Assembly (NCBI GenBank): GCA_039961895.1
Contig: JABRVU010000157.1
Span: 1-51,771 of the forward strand
Direction: 5' to 3'
Source of the DNA: Phycisphaerae bacterium
GTDB lineage: Bacteria; Planctomycetota; Phycisphaerae; UBA1845; PWPN01
Length of the DNA stretch: 51,771 nt
Made by a program: the position numbers and the translations under genes. Shown here piece after piece: positions 25,821 to 35,140 of this stretch. Each line of letters starts with the position of its first letter. The first letter of the stretch is position 1. Below the pieces are notes generated by a model. It searched no databases, had not been told where the DNA came from, and worked only from the letters and a program-made list of their open reading frames with translations.

Positions 25821-28800
25821 ACGGAGATCTCGGACTCGGCGTCATCGTCTCGATGAAGGATGCGTTCTCGCAGAACGCAGCCCGGGTCCAGTCGTCCATG
25901 CAGTCCCTGGACGCGACGGTGGCCGCCTCCAGCGAGCGGATGACGCGCAACATCGACCGCATCCAACAGGGCACCATGATGATCGGCGCGGGGCTGGCGC
26001 TCATGGCCGTGCCCGCGGGGCTCATCGCCTCCACCGCCGCGACCCAGAAAGCCCTGGGCGAGATGGCATCGCTCGGAATCAAGGACCTTCGCGCTCTCGA
26101 GGATGCCTCCGAGAGCTTCACCAACACCTGGGCCGGATACAGCAAGGCCGAATTCATCAGCGCGGCCTACGACGTCAAGTCCGCTCTATCCGCCTTGAGC
26201 GACGAAGCCGTGGGCACCTTCTCCGCCATGGCCGCGCTCACCGCCAAGGCCACCAAGGCCAGCATCCAGGAGATGGTCGGCACCTTCACCACCGGGTACG
26301 GCATCTTCAAGCCGATCATGGCGGATATGACCGACATGGAATGGGCCAAGGCTTTCTCCGGGGCCATGGCTCAGACCGTAGCGTCCTTCAAGACCACCGG
26401 GGCGCAGATGGCTGAAGCCGTCAAAAACATCGGCGCGGTCGCCGCCGCTTCCAACATCCCGCTTCAGGAACAACTGGCTATTCTCGGGCAATTGCAGACC
26501 ACCATGCCCGGTTCGGAAGCCGGAACACTCTACAAGGCTTTCATCATGAAGGCGGCCGAGGCCGGTGAACAATTGGGATTGTCCTTCGTGGATTCCACAG
26601 GAAGGCTCAAGGGGGTCATCCCCATTCTTCAGGAGATCAAGTCACGCTTTCCGGACCTTTCCCAGGCCGCCGCACAGGTCCAGATCAAGAAGGCCTTCGG
26701 CTCCGACGAGGCAGTGAAGTTCCTGCTCCAGATGTCCCAGGGGATGGAATCTCTGGAGGGCAACATCCGCACCATCGAGCAGGCGATGAAAAGCGGCACC
26801 GCCGTCACCGAGGAAATGGCGCGGGCCATGAACATGGACATCGGGAGTCAGTTCCAGCTTTTGCGCCAGCAGGTCGGAAACCTCGCTGAAATCCTCGGCC
26901 GCACGCTTCTGCCGGTGGTGACTCCGATCATCCAGGGGATATCGAAGGCCGTCCTGTTCTTCCAGAGGCTCGCTCGTTCGATGCCGGGGTTGACCAGGGT
27001 CCTCCTGACCTTGTCCATGGCGCTGGGTGGCGTGCTGGTCGTCGTCGGGGGAGTGATCGCCGCGGCCGGGACCATCGGCCTCATGCTCCCCGCCATCAAG
27101 GCGGGGCTTGCCGCCATGGGAGCGGCAATCGCCGGTGTGGGAAGCGCGTTCGCGGCATATTTCCTTCCGGTGGTCGCGATCATCGGCGGTGTGGTGCTCG
27201 CCGTTTATCTCCTCAAACGGGCTTGGGAGACCAACTTCGCCGGCATCAGGGACACCATCCTCGGCGCATGGGAAAAGGTGCAACTCGTATTCCAGGGAAT
27301 CCGGGCGCTCGTCACCTCGCTCTCCGGCGGAGCCGGAACCATGTCGGCCGACCTGGCCCAGAAGCTCGAACAGGCCGGACTGATGGGACTGGTGGTCACG
27401 GTCTTCCGCATCTACTACCGGGTGCGCCAGTTTCTGACCGGCTTGTGGGAGGCATTCTCCGACGCGTTCGGAAAGATCAGGGCGATTCTCGAACCCGCGG
27501 TCCGGGCGCTCATGCAGGCTTACGGCATGCTGTACAAAGCGATTTTCTCGGTCCTTGAAATCTTCGGCTTGGCGGCCTCTTCCGCCGATGCCTCCTCCTA
27601 CCGGAGTCTCGGCGAGACACTCGGCAAGGTGCTCGGTGTGATCGCCAAGGTCGGCGCTTATCTCCTCAAGTTCGTCATCTACAACCTGGCGGCCGTCATC
27701 ACGGTGGTGGCTTGGGTGGTGCGCGCGATCGTCTGGCTCGGCAAGACCATCGTCACCGCCTTCATCGAGGCGGGGAAGTTCGTCTACAAGTTCTTCCTGC
27801 CGGTCCGGCTTTTGGTCGAGGCGTTCCGCATGGCGGCCCGGGTCGTCTATGCAGTCTGGCAGGTCCTCACCGGCGACATCTCCGTGCTCGACGGGCTCAA
27901 GGCCGTCGGCGGCGCGGTCTTTGATTTCCTGGCCACGCCGTTCCGCTGGGCCCGGGACGTGATCGTCGGTGTCTGGGATTTCATCAAGGGACTCTTCTCC
28001 GCCGTTGGGAGTTTCTTCGTTTCCGCGGCATCGACTTTGGCGGCCGCTTTTATGGACCTACCGCTAGTCAAGACGTTGGCCGAGATCTTCGGCGCGGTCC
28101 GGGGATTTCTTTCCGGCGACACGACTTTCTTCGAGGCGGGCAAGGCGATTCTCGTAGCCGTCGGAAAAGGCATCTGGTCGGCGGTCACCTATCCGTTCGA
28201 GATGCTCAAGAAGGCTCTCGGGTGGCTCCGCAGACTGCTGCCTTTTTCAGACGCGGAGACCGGTCCGTTGTCGGACCTCACCGCTTCCGGCGCAGCCGTT
28301 CTCAAAACACTGGCCAAGGGAATGCTCGGCGTCCTCTCCCTGCCGGGCAAGGTGCTGGGCTTGGCGCTGCAAGGAATGCTGAACACGGTCCGCTGGGTAT
28401 GGGACGGTTTGAAAAGCCTTGGAGGCGGCACCCTCTCCGCGGTCACCTGGCCGTTCAGAAAAGGAGCGGAGGCCGCGTCCGCCGTCTGGCGTACTGTCGG
28501 CACTGCCGCATCGAGCGCTTGGAACGGGCTCACAGCACTCGGTCGTGGAGCTTCGGGTGTGTTGGCCGCGCCCTTCAGTTGGATGTTGTCCGCGGCCGGG
28601 ACAGCCTGGAACGGCATCGAACACGCGGCGTCAAGACTCTGGACCGGCCTCGGCAACGTCGGGCGCACGGCTTGGTCGCTCGTCAGCACGCCTTTTTCGT
28701 GGATCGCAGTTTCCGCGGGAGAGGCCTGGGACCGGGTTCAAACCTCAGCCGGCGCAGCCTGGGATGGAATCGCCAACCTTCTGCAGGGTGGATGGAGCCG

Positions 28801-29722
28801 GATCGGTTCGCTGTTCCAGTCGTCTTGGCCGCTTCTTTCCGCGCCCTTCGACTGGATCGCCGGAAGTGTTTCCTCCGCCTGGAGCCGGATCACCGGCACG
28901 GCGTCGACGGCATGGGACACTCTCAAGACCATGGCGCAGAGCGCCTGGGAGTGGATCAAAGCCCCGTTCGAGGGGTTGGCATCGGCCGCATCGTCCGCAT
29001 GGGAACAAGTGAAGACCGCCGCTTCGAGCGCCTTCGGGTCTCTGGCGTCCAGCGTATCCTCGCTGGCTGGCTCGGCGTTCGAGAGCGGCAGGGCGTTCAT
29101 GACCGCGGTGGGCGACGGCATCAAGTCCGCCGTGAGCGCGCCGTACCAGGCCGCCAAGTCGGCCCTTTCGTTCGTGCGGAATCTGCTGCCTTTCTCCGAT
29201 GCCAAGGAAGGCCCGCTCGCGGACTTGACCCGAAGCGGCGCTGCGCTGATTCAGACCCTGGCCGGAGGCATCACCAAGGCTGCGTCCGCGCCCGCCGAGG
29301 CCATGACCCGCGCATTCGGATTCATGACCGGGCTGACCGGCAAGATCGCCGCTCCGGCCATGTTGGCGGGAACCCTGGCGCTCACACCGGTCATGGCGGC
29401 AGAAGCTCCGACGCTTGCTTCTTCCTTGGAAAGCACCGGAGCGGCGGTTCCGATGGAGCGACCGGCCACTCGTCTCGCCACCGGACAGGCCCGTCTTCTC
29501 GGTGAGACCAAGGGAGCGCTCGGTCCAGAGTCAGGCATGCCCGCCGCACCTCCGGGGGAGACGCTTCGCCCGGTGCTCGAATCCTTGCTGGCGAAGATGG
29601 AGCAACTCGGCGAGCGACCCATCGAGGTGTCGGTGACCACGCTGCTCGACGGACGGCAGGTGGCCCGTTCCGTGTACCGGGACCTGCGCGAGCGCAAGAT
29701 CAAGAACTACGAGACGCTGTGA
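25817..29722 (+). CDS. Tail tape measure protein
   Basis: 1301 aa, Ala/Gly/Leu-rich with hydrophobic segments and a periodic Trp-repeat region. Canonical position. Confidence 0.9.
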   Translation: MNGDLGLGVIVSMKDAFSQNAARVQSSMQSLDATVAASSERMTRNIDRIQQGTMMIGAGLALMAVPAGLIASTAATQKALGEMASLGIKDLRALEDASESFTNTWAGYSKAEFISAAYDVKSALSALSDEAVGTFSAMAALTAKATKASIQEMVGTFTTGYGIFKPIMADMTDMEWAKAFSGAMAQTVASFKTTGAQMAEAVKNIGAVAAASNIPLQEQLAILGQLQTTMPGSEAGTLYKAFIMKAAEAGEQLGLSFVDSTGRLKGVIPILQEIKSRFPDLSQAAAQVQIKKAFGSDEAVKFLLQMSQGMESLEGNIRTIEQAMKSGTAVTEEMARAMNMDIGSQFQLLRQQVGNLAEILGRTLLPVVTPIIQGISKAVLFFQRLARSMPGLTRVLLTLSMALGGVLVVVGGVIAAAGTIGLMLPAIKAGLAAMGAAIAGVGSAFAAYFLPVVAIIGGVVLAVYLLKRAWETNFAGIRDTILGAWEKVQLVFQGIRALVTSLSGGAGTMSADLAQKLEQAGLMGLVVTVFRIYYRVRQFLTGLWEAFSDAFGKIRAILEPAVRALMQAYGMLYKAIFSVLEIFGLAASSADASSYRSLGETLGKVLGVIAKVGAYLLKFVIYNLAAVITVVAWVVRAIVWLGKTIVTAFIEAGKFVYKFFLPVRLLVEAFRMAARVVYAVWQVLTGDISVLDGLKAVGGAVFDFLATPFRWARDVIVGVWDFIKGLFSAVGSFFVSAASTLAAAFMDLPLVKTLAEIFGAVRGFLSGDTTFFEAGKAILVAVGKGIWSAVTYPFEMLKKALGWLRRLLPFSDAETGPLSDLTASGAAVLKTLAKGMLGVLSLPGKVLGLALQGMLNTVRWVWDGLKSLGGGTLSAVTWPFRKGAEAASAVWRTVGTAASSAWNGLTALGRGASGVLAAPFSWMLSAAGTAWNGIEHAASRLWTGLGNVGRTAWSLVSTPFSWIAVSAGEAWDRVQTSAGAAWDGIANLLQGGWSRIGSLFQSSWPLLSAPFDWIAGSVSSAWSRITGTASTAWDTLKTMAQSAWEWIKAPFEGLASAASSAWEQVKTAASSAFGSLASSVSSLAGSAFESGRAFMTAVGDGIKSAVSAPYQAAKSALSFVRNLLPFSDAKEGPLADLTRSGAALIQTLAGGITKAASAPAEAMTRAFGFMTGLTGKIAAPAMLAGTLALTPVMAAEAPTLASSLESTGAAVPMERPATRLATGQARLLGETKGALGPESGMPAAPPGETLRPVLESLLAKMEQLGERPIEVSVTTLLDGRQVARSVYRDLRERKIKNYETL

Positions 29723-29729
29723 GGAACGC

Positions 29730-30041
29730 ATGAAACGGATATTCATTTGCAGCCGGTACGCCGGGGACGTTCCCCGGAACACGGCGACCGCCGAACGTCT
29801 CTGCCGGAAGGCGGTGGAACGCGGTTGCGCGCCCTTTGCGCCGCACCTTCTCTACACGCGCTTCCTCGATGACGGAAAGACCTCCGAACGCGAAGCGGGC
29901 ATCGCCTGCGGCCTGACGTTCATGGAGAGCTGCGACGAGGTCTGGGTGTTCACCGGCGACGGTCTTTCCGACGGCATGCGCCGGGAAGTCGATCATGCCA
30001 GGCGTCTGGGCAAGCCCGTGGTAGAACTGGAGGTGCTGTAG
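29730..30041 (+). CDS. DUF4406 / nucleoside 2-deoxyribosyltransferase-like small protein
   Basis: 103 aa. MKRIFICSRYAGD...APFAPHLLY...DEVWVF...S.GM..E pattern, as I remember for DUF4406. Confidence 0.55.
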   Translation: MKRIFICSRYAGDVPRNTATAERLCRKAVERGCAPFAPHLLYTRFLDDGKTSEREAGIACGLTFMESCDEVWVFTGDGLSDGMRREVDHARRLGKPVVELEVL

Positions 30042-30043
30042 CC

Positions 30044-30514
30044 GTGGCTTGGGACCGGAAAGAGATCACCGCGTACTTGGTGGACGTGGATACGGGCGAC
30101 TACCTCGATTTCCAGTACAACCCGAACGACATCGTCGACGAGAAGAGCACGGCCTATGCGGCCATCAAGATTCCGGGCATGAGCCATCCCCGCTACCAGT
30201 ACGTGGCCGGCGAGCCGCGCAAGATCGGCTTCAAGCTGGTCTTCTTCAAGGGGTCCGTAAAGGAGTCGGTGGACTGGCTGCGCTCTCTGCTTTATCCCGA
30301 ACACGCCGGAACCATGCTCAAGAACGCCCCGCACCGGGTGATTTTCATGTTCGGAGACCTCTACCCGGGCGTGCTCTGCGTCGTCCGCCAGGTGAAGGCC
30401 CGGTTCTTCCACCTGTTCGACCGGGACAACCTGCTGCCTCAGCATGCGGAGGTGGACGTGATGCTCGAGGAGTACATCGACCAGTCCGTGGACTATTCGG
30501 AGGTGCGCGGATGA
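30044..30514 (+). CDS. Contractile-tail tube-initiator-like protein (156 aa)
   Basis: GTG start. LDFQYNPNDI...YA.I.IPG...P.YQYV.G..R.I.F.L.F pattern, common in proteins encoded next to LysM tail protein X. Confidence 0.5.
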   Translation: MAWDRKEITAYLVDVDTGDYLDFQYNPNDIVDEKSTAYAAIKIPGMSHPRYQYVAGEPRKIGFKLVFFKGSVKESVDWLRSLLYPEHAGTMLKNAPHRVIFMFGDLYPGVLCVVRQVKARFFHLFDRDNLLPQHAEVDVMLEEYIDQSVDYSEVRG

Positions 30515-30801
30515 TCGGACGTCGATCCAGATACGCGGCATCCATTCTCTACGCGTCGGGAGACGGAGACTTCCTGGGCACGCGTCCGGCCATCGAGAGC
30601 AAACCCCGGCCCGACGACCGGTTTCACACGGTGATCGAGGGGGACCGGGTCGATTTGCTGGCCCATCGCTATCTGGGACACGCCGATCTCTGGTGGATCA
30701 TCTGCGACTACAACGACATTTTCTTTCCCATGGAACTGACGCCGGGGACCATCCTGCGCATCCCCTCGGCGGAACACGTCAGCATGCGGCTTCTGGACTG
30801 A
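30511..30801 (+). CDS. LysM-domain tail protein (P2 gpX-like)
   Basis: ATGA overlap with the upstream stop. HTVIEGDRVDLLAHRYLGHADLWWIICDYNDI...L.PGTILRIP is a LysM motif. Confidence 0.75.
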   Translation: MIGRRSRYAASILYASGDGDFLGTRPAIESKPRPDDRFHTVIEGDRVDLLAHRYLGHADLWWIICDYNDIFFPMELTPGTILRIPSAEHVSMRLLD

Positions 30802-30824
30802 GTCTCCGGACGCATCCATCCATC

Positions 30825-30855
30825 CCGACACCTCGCGCCGCGCGCCGGTAAGTAT
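30825..30855 (+). promoter_or_regulatory. Bipartite motif copy f: CCGACA-N18-TAAGTAT
   Basis: CCGACA 30825-30830, spacer ends CGCCGG, TAAGTAT 30849-30855. 45 nt upstream of ATG 30901. Confidence 0.6.
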
Positions 30856-30900
30856 CCGGTGGAGTCCGCCCCTTCAGGCGGGCCGACTGGAGACCGGCGC

Positions 30901-32166
30901 ATGGATATCGATACCTTCAAACCGACTTTTGTGATCCAGATCGAGGGGCAAACCCTTTCGGCGGATATCACCCAGGAGATCACCTCGTTCGTCTTCGAGG
31001 ACAACGAGGAGGAACTCGACGTGTTGGAGCTTGCGGTCACCGACCGGAACCTCCAGTTCGTCGACGATCCACTGTTCCAGGAGGGCAACGAGATCGTCGC
31101 CCGTTTCGGATATGTCGGCAACCTCTCGCCGCGCAAGAAGGCGGTCATCAAGGATATCGACTACGACTTTCCGGAGGACGGTGACCCGACCATTCGCATC
31201 AAGGCCTACGACAAAGGCTTCAAGCTGGCCGGAAAGGAGAACCAGAAGGTCTGGCAGAAGCCCGCTCCCGGAATCCTCTACTCCGAGATCGCCGAGGAGA
31301 TCGCGGGGGCCAACGGCCTCACTCCGGTGGTCACGCCCACCAAGGGCCGCCATCTGCGCGTAACCCAGAGCAACGTCTCCGACGCGCAGTTCCTCAAGGA
31401 ACTGGCCGGAAAGGCGCGCGACAAGGACGGCGACGGCGTCACCGGATACGTCTTCTACATCCAGGACGACGAGCTGCATTTCCATCCCCGCGATCTGGAC
31501 AAGAAGCCCGCCGCGATCCTCGAGTACTTCACCGACCGCAAGGGCGTTCTGCGTTCCTTCCGCCCCTCGACGCAATCACAGGGAGCCAAGGGAGCGGGCG
31601 TCGAGACCAAGGCCGTGGGCGTGGACCCGCGCAAGAAGGAGCCGGTCGAGCACAAGGCCAACAACGAGACCACCCCGGAGCGGACTTCGTTGGGGAAGCG
31701 GACCTACCTAGTGGACGGGAACACCGGCGAGGGCACTTACAAGGAGCAGGAGTCCGGGCAGGTGGTCCCCACCTTTGACCGTTCCGAGGGCTTCCACGAG
31801 GAGCCGCGACAGGAACCGGCACAGGACCTCTCCGAGGGGAAGTTCCGCGAGGCCGAGCTCCGCCAGGTGGAAGCCGACGCGGTGACCATCGGCATCCCCG
31901 CGCTGCGCGCCAAGCAGAACGTGGAGGTCAAAGGCGTGGGCCGCAAATTCTCGGGCGTCTACTACTGCCATTCGGTCCGCCACGCTTTCGGCGAGGGCGG
32001 ATATCACTGCGAACTGAAACTCAAGAAAAACGCCCTGGGCAAAGGGGCGGGCGACAAGTCGGACGAGGCCAAGGGCAAGCAGAACGACCAGGAAGCGCCG
32101 CCCACACCGAAGGAAGAGCCGCCGCCGATGGTGACCATCGACGCGGACAGCGGGCGGAGGCTGTAA
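30901..32166 (+). CDS. Late control gene D-like tail/baseplate hub protein
   Basis: ATG 30901 after GGAGA; the GTG 30859 extension is discounted. FKPTFVIQIEG..L......SF.FED.....D.LEL pattern of Phage_GPD. Confidence 0.8.
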   Translation: MDIDTFKPTFVIQIEGQTLSADITQEITSFVFEDNEEELDVLELAVTDRNLQFVDDPLFQEGNEIVARFGYVGNLSPRKKAVIKDIDYDFPEDGDPTIRIKAYDKGFKLAGKENQKVWQKPAPGILYSEIAEEIAGANGLTPVVTPTKGRHLRVTQSNVSDAQFLKELAGKARDKDGDGVTGYVFYIQDDELHFHPRDLDKKPAAILEYFTDRKGVLRSFRPSTQSQGAKGAGVETKAVGVDPRKKEPVEHKANNETTPERTSLGKRTYLVDGNTGEGTYKEQESGQVVPTFDRSEGFHEEPRQEPAQDLSEGKFREAELRQVEADAVTIGIPALRAKQNVEVKGVGRKFSGVYYCHSVRHAFGEGGYHCELKLKKNALGKGAGDKSDEAKGKQNDQEAPPTPKEEPPPMVTIDADSGRRL

Positions 32167-32179
32167 GGAGGAAAAGCAT

Positions 32180-32611
32180 ATGGGAGATTTGAGCCGGAAT
32201 TTCTCGAAGAGCGAGTTCGCCTGCCGGTGTTGCGGCAAGACCGAGATCGATCAACGCCTCGTGGATGCGCTCCAGGAATTGCGCGACCTCGCGGGCGCTC
32301 CCGTCCGCGTGACCAGCGGGTACCGCTGCCCCGATCACAACCGGGCGGTAGGCGGAGCAAAACAGAGCCGGCACCTGCTCGGACATGCCGCGGACATAGT
32401 GATCAAGGGCTTGTCCGTCGCCGGGATGTACGAACTCGCCGAGCAGGTGGACGCCTTCCGCAAGGGCGGAATCGGCGTCTACCCGGAGCGGGGATTCATT
32501 CACGTCGACATACGCGAGGGGCGGACCCGCTGGGGGCACCTCGACGGCAAATACGTTTCGCTCGAAGAAGCCATGACAACCAACGGAGGTGACCGCAATG
32601 CAGCAGTTTGA
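32180..32611 (+). CDS. Peptidase M15A-family zinc peptidoglycan peptidase
   Basis: FSKSEFACRC...VTSGYRCPDHNRAVGGAKQSRHLLGHAADI...GFIHVD: the H-x6-D...H zinc-ligand layout. Confidence 0.85.
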   Translation: MGDLSRNFSKSEFACRCCGKTEIDQRLVDALQELRDLAGAPVRVTSGYRCPDHNRAVGGAKQSRHLLGHAADIVIKGLSVAGMYELAEQVDAFRKGGIGVYPERGFIHVDIREGRTRWGHLDGKYVSLEEAMTTNGGDRNAAV

Positions 32612-32924
32612 ACAGATTCTGACCTTCATCCTGGACCACAAGGAACTCATCGCGACCTTGTTCGTTACGCTCTTCACCGTCATCAAGCTGACCGCCTGGG
32701 GCCGGGCCAAGGCTGCGGCTCTGGACGCGGTGATCGGCGTCATCGAGCGGCTCGGCGCGAAAGAGGTCAAGACCGGCGTCGCCGGGCAGGAACTCAAGCT
32801 CGAAGCCGCAGCCCAGGACGCCCTGCGTCATGCCGTGGCCAAGGCTGATCCGAAGAAGACGCCGGACGGAACTGGGACCCGCATCGTGCGCGAGGTGCTG
32901 CGGGGCTTCCTGCCGCTGAAGTGA
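32598..32924 (+). CDS. Small membrane protein, holin-like candidate
   Basis: ATG 32598, 8 nt after GGAGG. One hydrophobic helix (LIATLFVTLFTVIKLTAW). Directly follows the M15 peptidase. Confidence 0.4.
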   Translation: MQQFEQILTFILDHKELIATLFVTLFTVIKLTAWGRAKAAALDAVIGVIERLGAKEVKTGVAGQELKLEAAAQDALRHAVAKADPKKTPDGTGTRIVREVLRGFLPLK

Positions 32925-32939
32925 TCCGGAGGACGGACC

Positions 32940-33989
32940 GTGATCGAGATACAGGACCGGCAGCACGAGGAACGCTACAAGAACCGCTGGTATGGCAAAT
33001 ACCGGGCGTTCGTGCGGGACAACAACGATCCGGAGCGGCTCGGCCGCTGCCGACTCGAAATCCCGGCCGTGCTCGGCACCGGCAAGGAGAACTGGTCGGA
33101 ATGGGCGTGGCCCTGCTTTGCCTACGGAGGCAACGAAGACATCGGCGTGTTTCTCATTCCCGAGGAAGGGGCTTCCGTCTGGGCCGAGTTCGAGGGCGGC
33201 AACGTCCAATACCCGATCTGGTCCGGCGTGTGGCTGGCCAAGACCAACCCCGGCGAACAACCGGAAGAATCGAAGCGCCTGTGCTCCGATCCGACCTGCA
33301 CCGACTGTGAGGACAAGCTCGAACACAAGCCCGATCGGCAAGACGACCTGGAGCACAAGAAACACCACGGCCACCCGCCGTACTACTGCCCGCGCCGCAA
33401 GGTTCTTCTCAAGACCGAAACCGGTCATACCATCGTTCTCGACGACCGGGACGAGGAGGAGTTCCTCAAGGTCATCGACCGGGCCGGACAGATTCTTCAC
33501 ATGGAATGCCGCGTGAAGCGCGACGTTCAGACTGGCAATGCGCGCCGCCGGGGGACCAAGGATGCCGAGCAGGGCGACCAGCTCGACATCGACTCGGACA
33601 TCAAGGACCAGAAGGCCCGGATCGAGATCACCGATCTGTGCCGCCAGTTCGTGCGCTGGGAGGCGTGGAAGGACAAGGAGAAAATCCATATCCAGTCCTG
33701 CGACAAATCCCGCGCCCGGTGGCAGAAGATTCTCATCGACACCACCAAGGGCAAGGAGAAGGTCCACATCTGGGGCCTCTGCGGCACACAGGAAATCCTC
33801 GTCGATTCCACCGCCGGGACCGAGATGATCCGTCTCACGGACAAGGCCGGCCAGGTCGTCGTGATGAACGCGGCCGCCGGTCAGGAGCGCATTCAAGCCA
33901 CGGACAAATCCGGAAGCGTGATCCTCATGGACGCCGTCATGGGGAACATCGTCATCCGCTCGACGAACAAGGTGCTGATCAACCCATGA
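32940..33989 (+). CDS. Baseplate central spike (gpV / gp5 OB-fold) with C-terminal beta-helix
   Basis: YRAFVRDNNDPERLGRCRLEIPAVLG...WAWPC...G.F.IPEEGA.VW.EFEGG....PIW.G matches the Phage_base_V pattern. The C-terminus has repetitive beta-strand units. Confidence 0.85.
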   Translation: MIEIQDRQHEERYKNRWYGKYRAFVRDNNDPERLGRCRLEIPAVLGTGKENWSEWAWPCFAYGGNEDIGVFLIPEEGASVWAEFEGGNVQYPIWSGVWLAKTNPGEQPEESKRLCSDPTCTDCEDKLEHKPDRQDDLEHKKHHGHPPYYCPRRKVLLKTETGHTIVLDDRDEEEFLKVIDRAGQILHMECRVKRDVQTGNARRRGTKDAEQGDQLDIDSDIKDQKARIEITDLCRQFVRWEAWKDKEKIHIQSCDKSRARWQKILIDTTKGKEKVHIWGLCGTQEILVDSTAGTEMIRLTDKAGQVVVMNAAAGQERIQATDKSGSVILMDAVMGNIVIRSTNKVLINP

Positions 33990-34771
33990 CAAACAACGAG
34001 ACGACAAGCCCCGCGGCATCCCTGGTCATGACCGTGTATAACGGCGAGCGTTATCTCGCCGAGGCGGTCGAAAGTGTTCTGGCCCAAACCCGGCGGGACT
34101 TTGAACTGGTCGTCTGGGATGATGGCTCCACTGACCGGACACTGGAGATCGCCCGTGACTACGCCAAGCTGGACGACCGCGTGCGCGTCGTCGCTGCGAA
34201 GCATCTGGGCCGGACCCCGGCGCTCAAGGCCGCGATTGCGGAGACGGCCGCGCCGTACCTCGGCTGGGTCGACGGCGACGACATCCTCGCCGTGACGGCG
34301 TTGGAAGAGACCGCCGCGGTTCTCGACCGGGAATCCTCTGTAGGTCTGGTCTACACCGACTACGTGACCATCGGGGAGGACGGCAAGGCACGCGGCTACG
34401 GCAACCGCTGCCGGATTCCCTTCTCCAAGGACCGGATGCTTCTCGACTTCATGACTTTCCATTTCCGCCTGATGCGGCGCTCGGCCTTCGACGCGGCGGG
34501 CGGCATCGACGAAAGCTTCCGTTGCGCGGAGGACTACGACCTCTGCCTGCGTATGGCGGAGCTGACCGAGGTCCGCCACATCCGCAGACCGCTCTATTAC
34601 TACCGCATCCATGCGGACTCCATCTCCCAGCGCATGCGGATCGAACAGATCCACTGCGCACGCGACGCCGTGGTCCATGCGCTGGAACGGCGAGGCCTGT
34701 CCGACCGGTTCGAGATCGATCTGCAGATACGCGGACGCTTTTCGCTGAGAAGGAGGAAAACGAATGGATGA
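33986..34771 (+). CDS. Family 2 glycosyltransferase
   Basis: ATGA overlap with the spike stop. SLVMTVYNGERYLAEAVESVLAQTRRDFELVVWDDGSTD and VDGDD (DxD). Confidence 0.85.
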   Translation: MTNNETTSPAASLVMTVYNGERYLAEAVESVLAQTRRDFELVVWDDGSTDRTLEIARDYAKLDDRVRVVAAKHLGRTPALKAAIAETAAPYLGWVDGDDILAVTALEETAAVLDRESSVGLVYTDYVTIGEDGKARGYGNRCRIPFSKDRMLLDFMTFHFRLMRRSAFDAAGGIDESFRCAEDYDLCLRMAELTEVRHIRRPLYYYRIHADSISQRMRIEQIHCARDAVVHALERRGLSDRFEIDLQIRGRFSLRRRKTNG

Positions 34772-35138
34772 AACCCGACATGACAGCGCCCCGTGTGACT
34801 GGAACCGGAGCGAGCGGATGCTGGCCCGGACCTTCGAATCCTGGCGGGCCGAATTCCGGAGCATACTCGAAGACCACCGCCGGGAAATCCAGGCGCGGCT
34901 TGAAAAGATCGAACGGGAAATCGAGAAGAAGTCGGACAAGGAGAACGTGGACCTTCTGGTGCGCAGCATCCAGGACGATCTGCGCCGCCACGCCGACGAC
35001 ATCAAGAACCTGCAGTCGGGCATGAACGAGAAGATGGGCGTCGAGACCATGTGGAAGGTGGTCGGTCTTGTGCTCACCGTCGGCGGTGCCGTGGGCGGCG
35101 TGGTCGGCTTTCTGGTCCATGTCCTGACGGGAAAATAA
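34764..35138 (+). CDS. Coiled-coil protein with C-terminal transmembrane anchor
   Basis: SD AGGAGG 7 nt upstream. C-terminal WKVVGLVLTVGGAVGGVVGFLVHVL. Confidence 0.55.
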   Translation: MDETRHDSAPCDWNRSERMLARTFESWRAEFRSILEDHRREIQARLEKIEREIEKKSDKENVDLLVRSIQDDLRRHADDIKNLQSGMNEKMGVETMWKVVGLVLTVGGAVGGVVGFLVHVLTGK

Positions 35139-35140
35139 CC

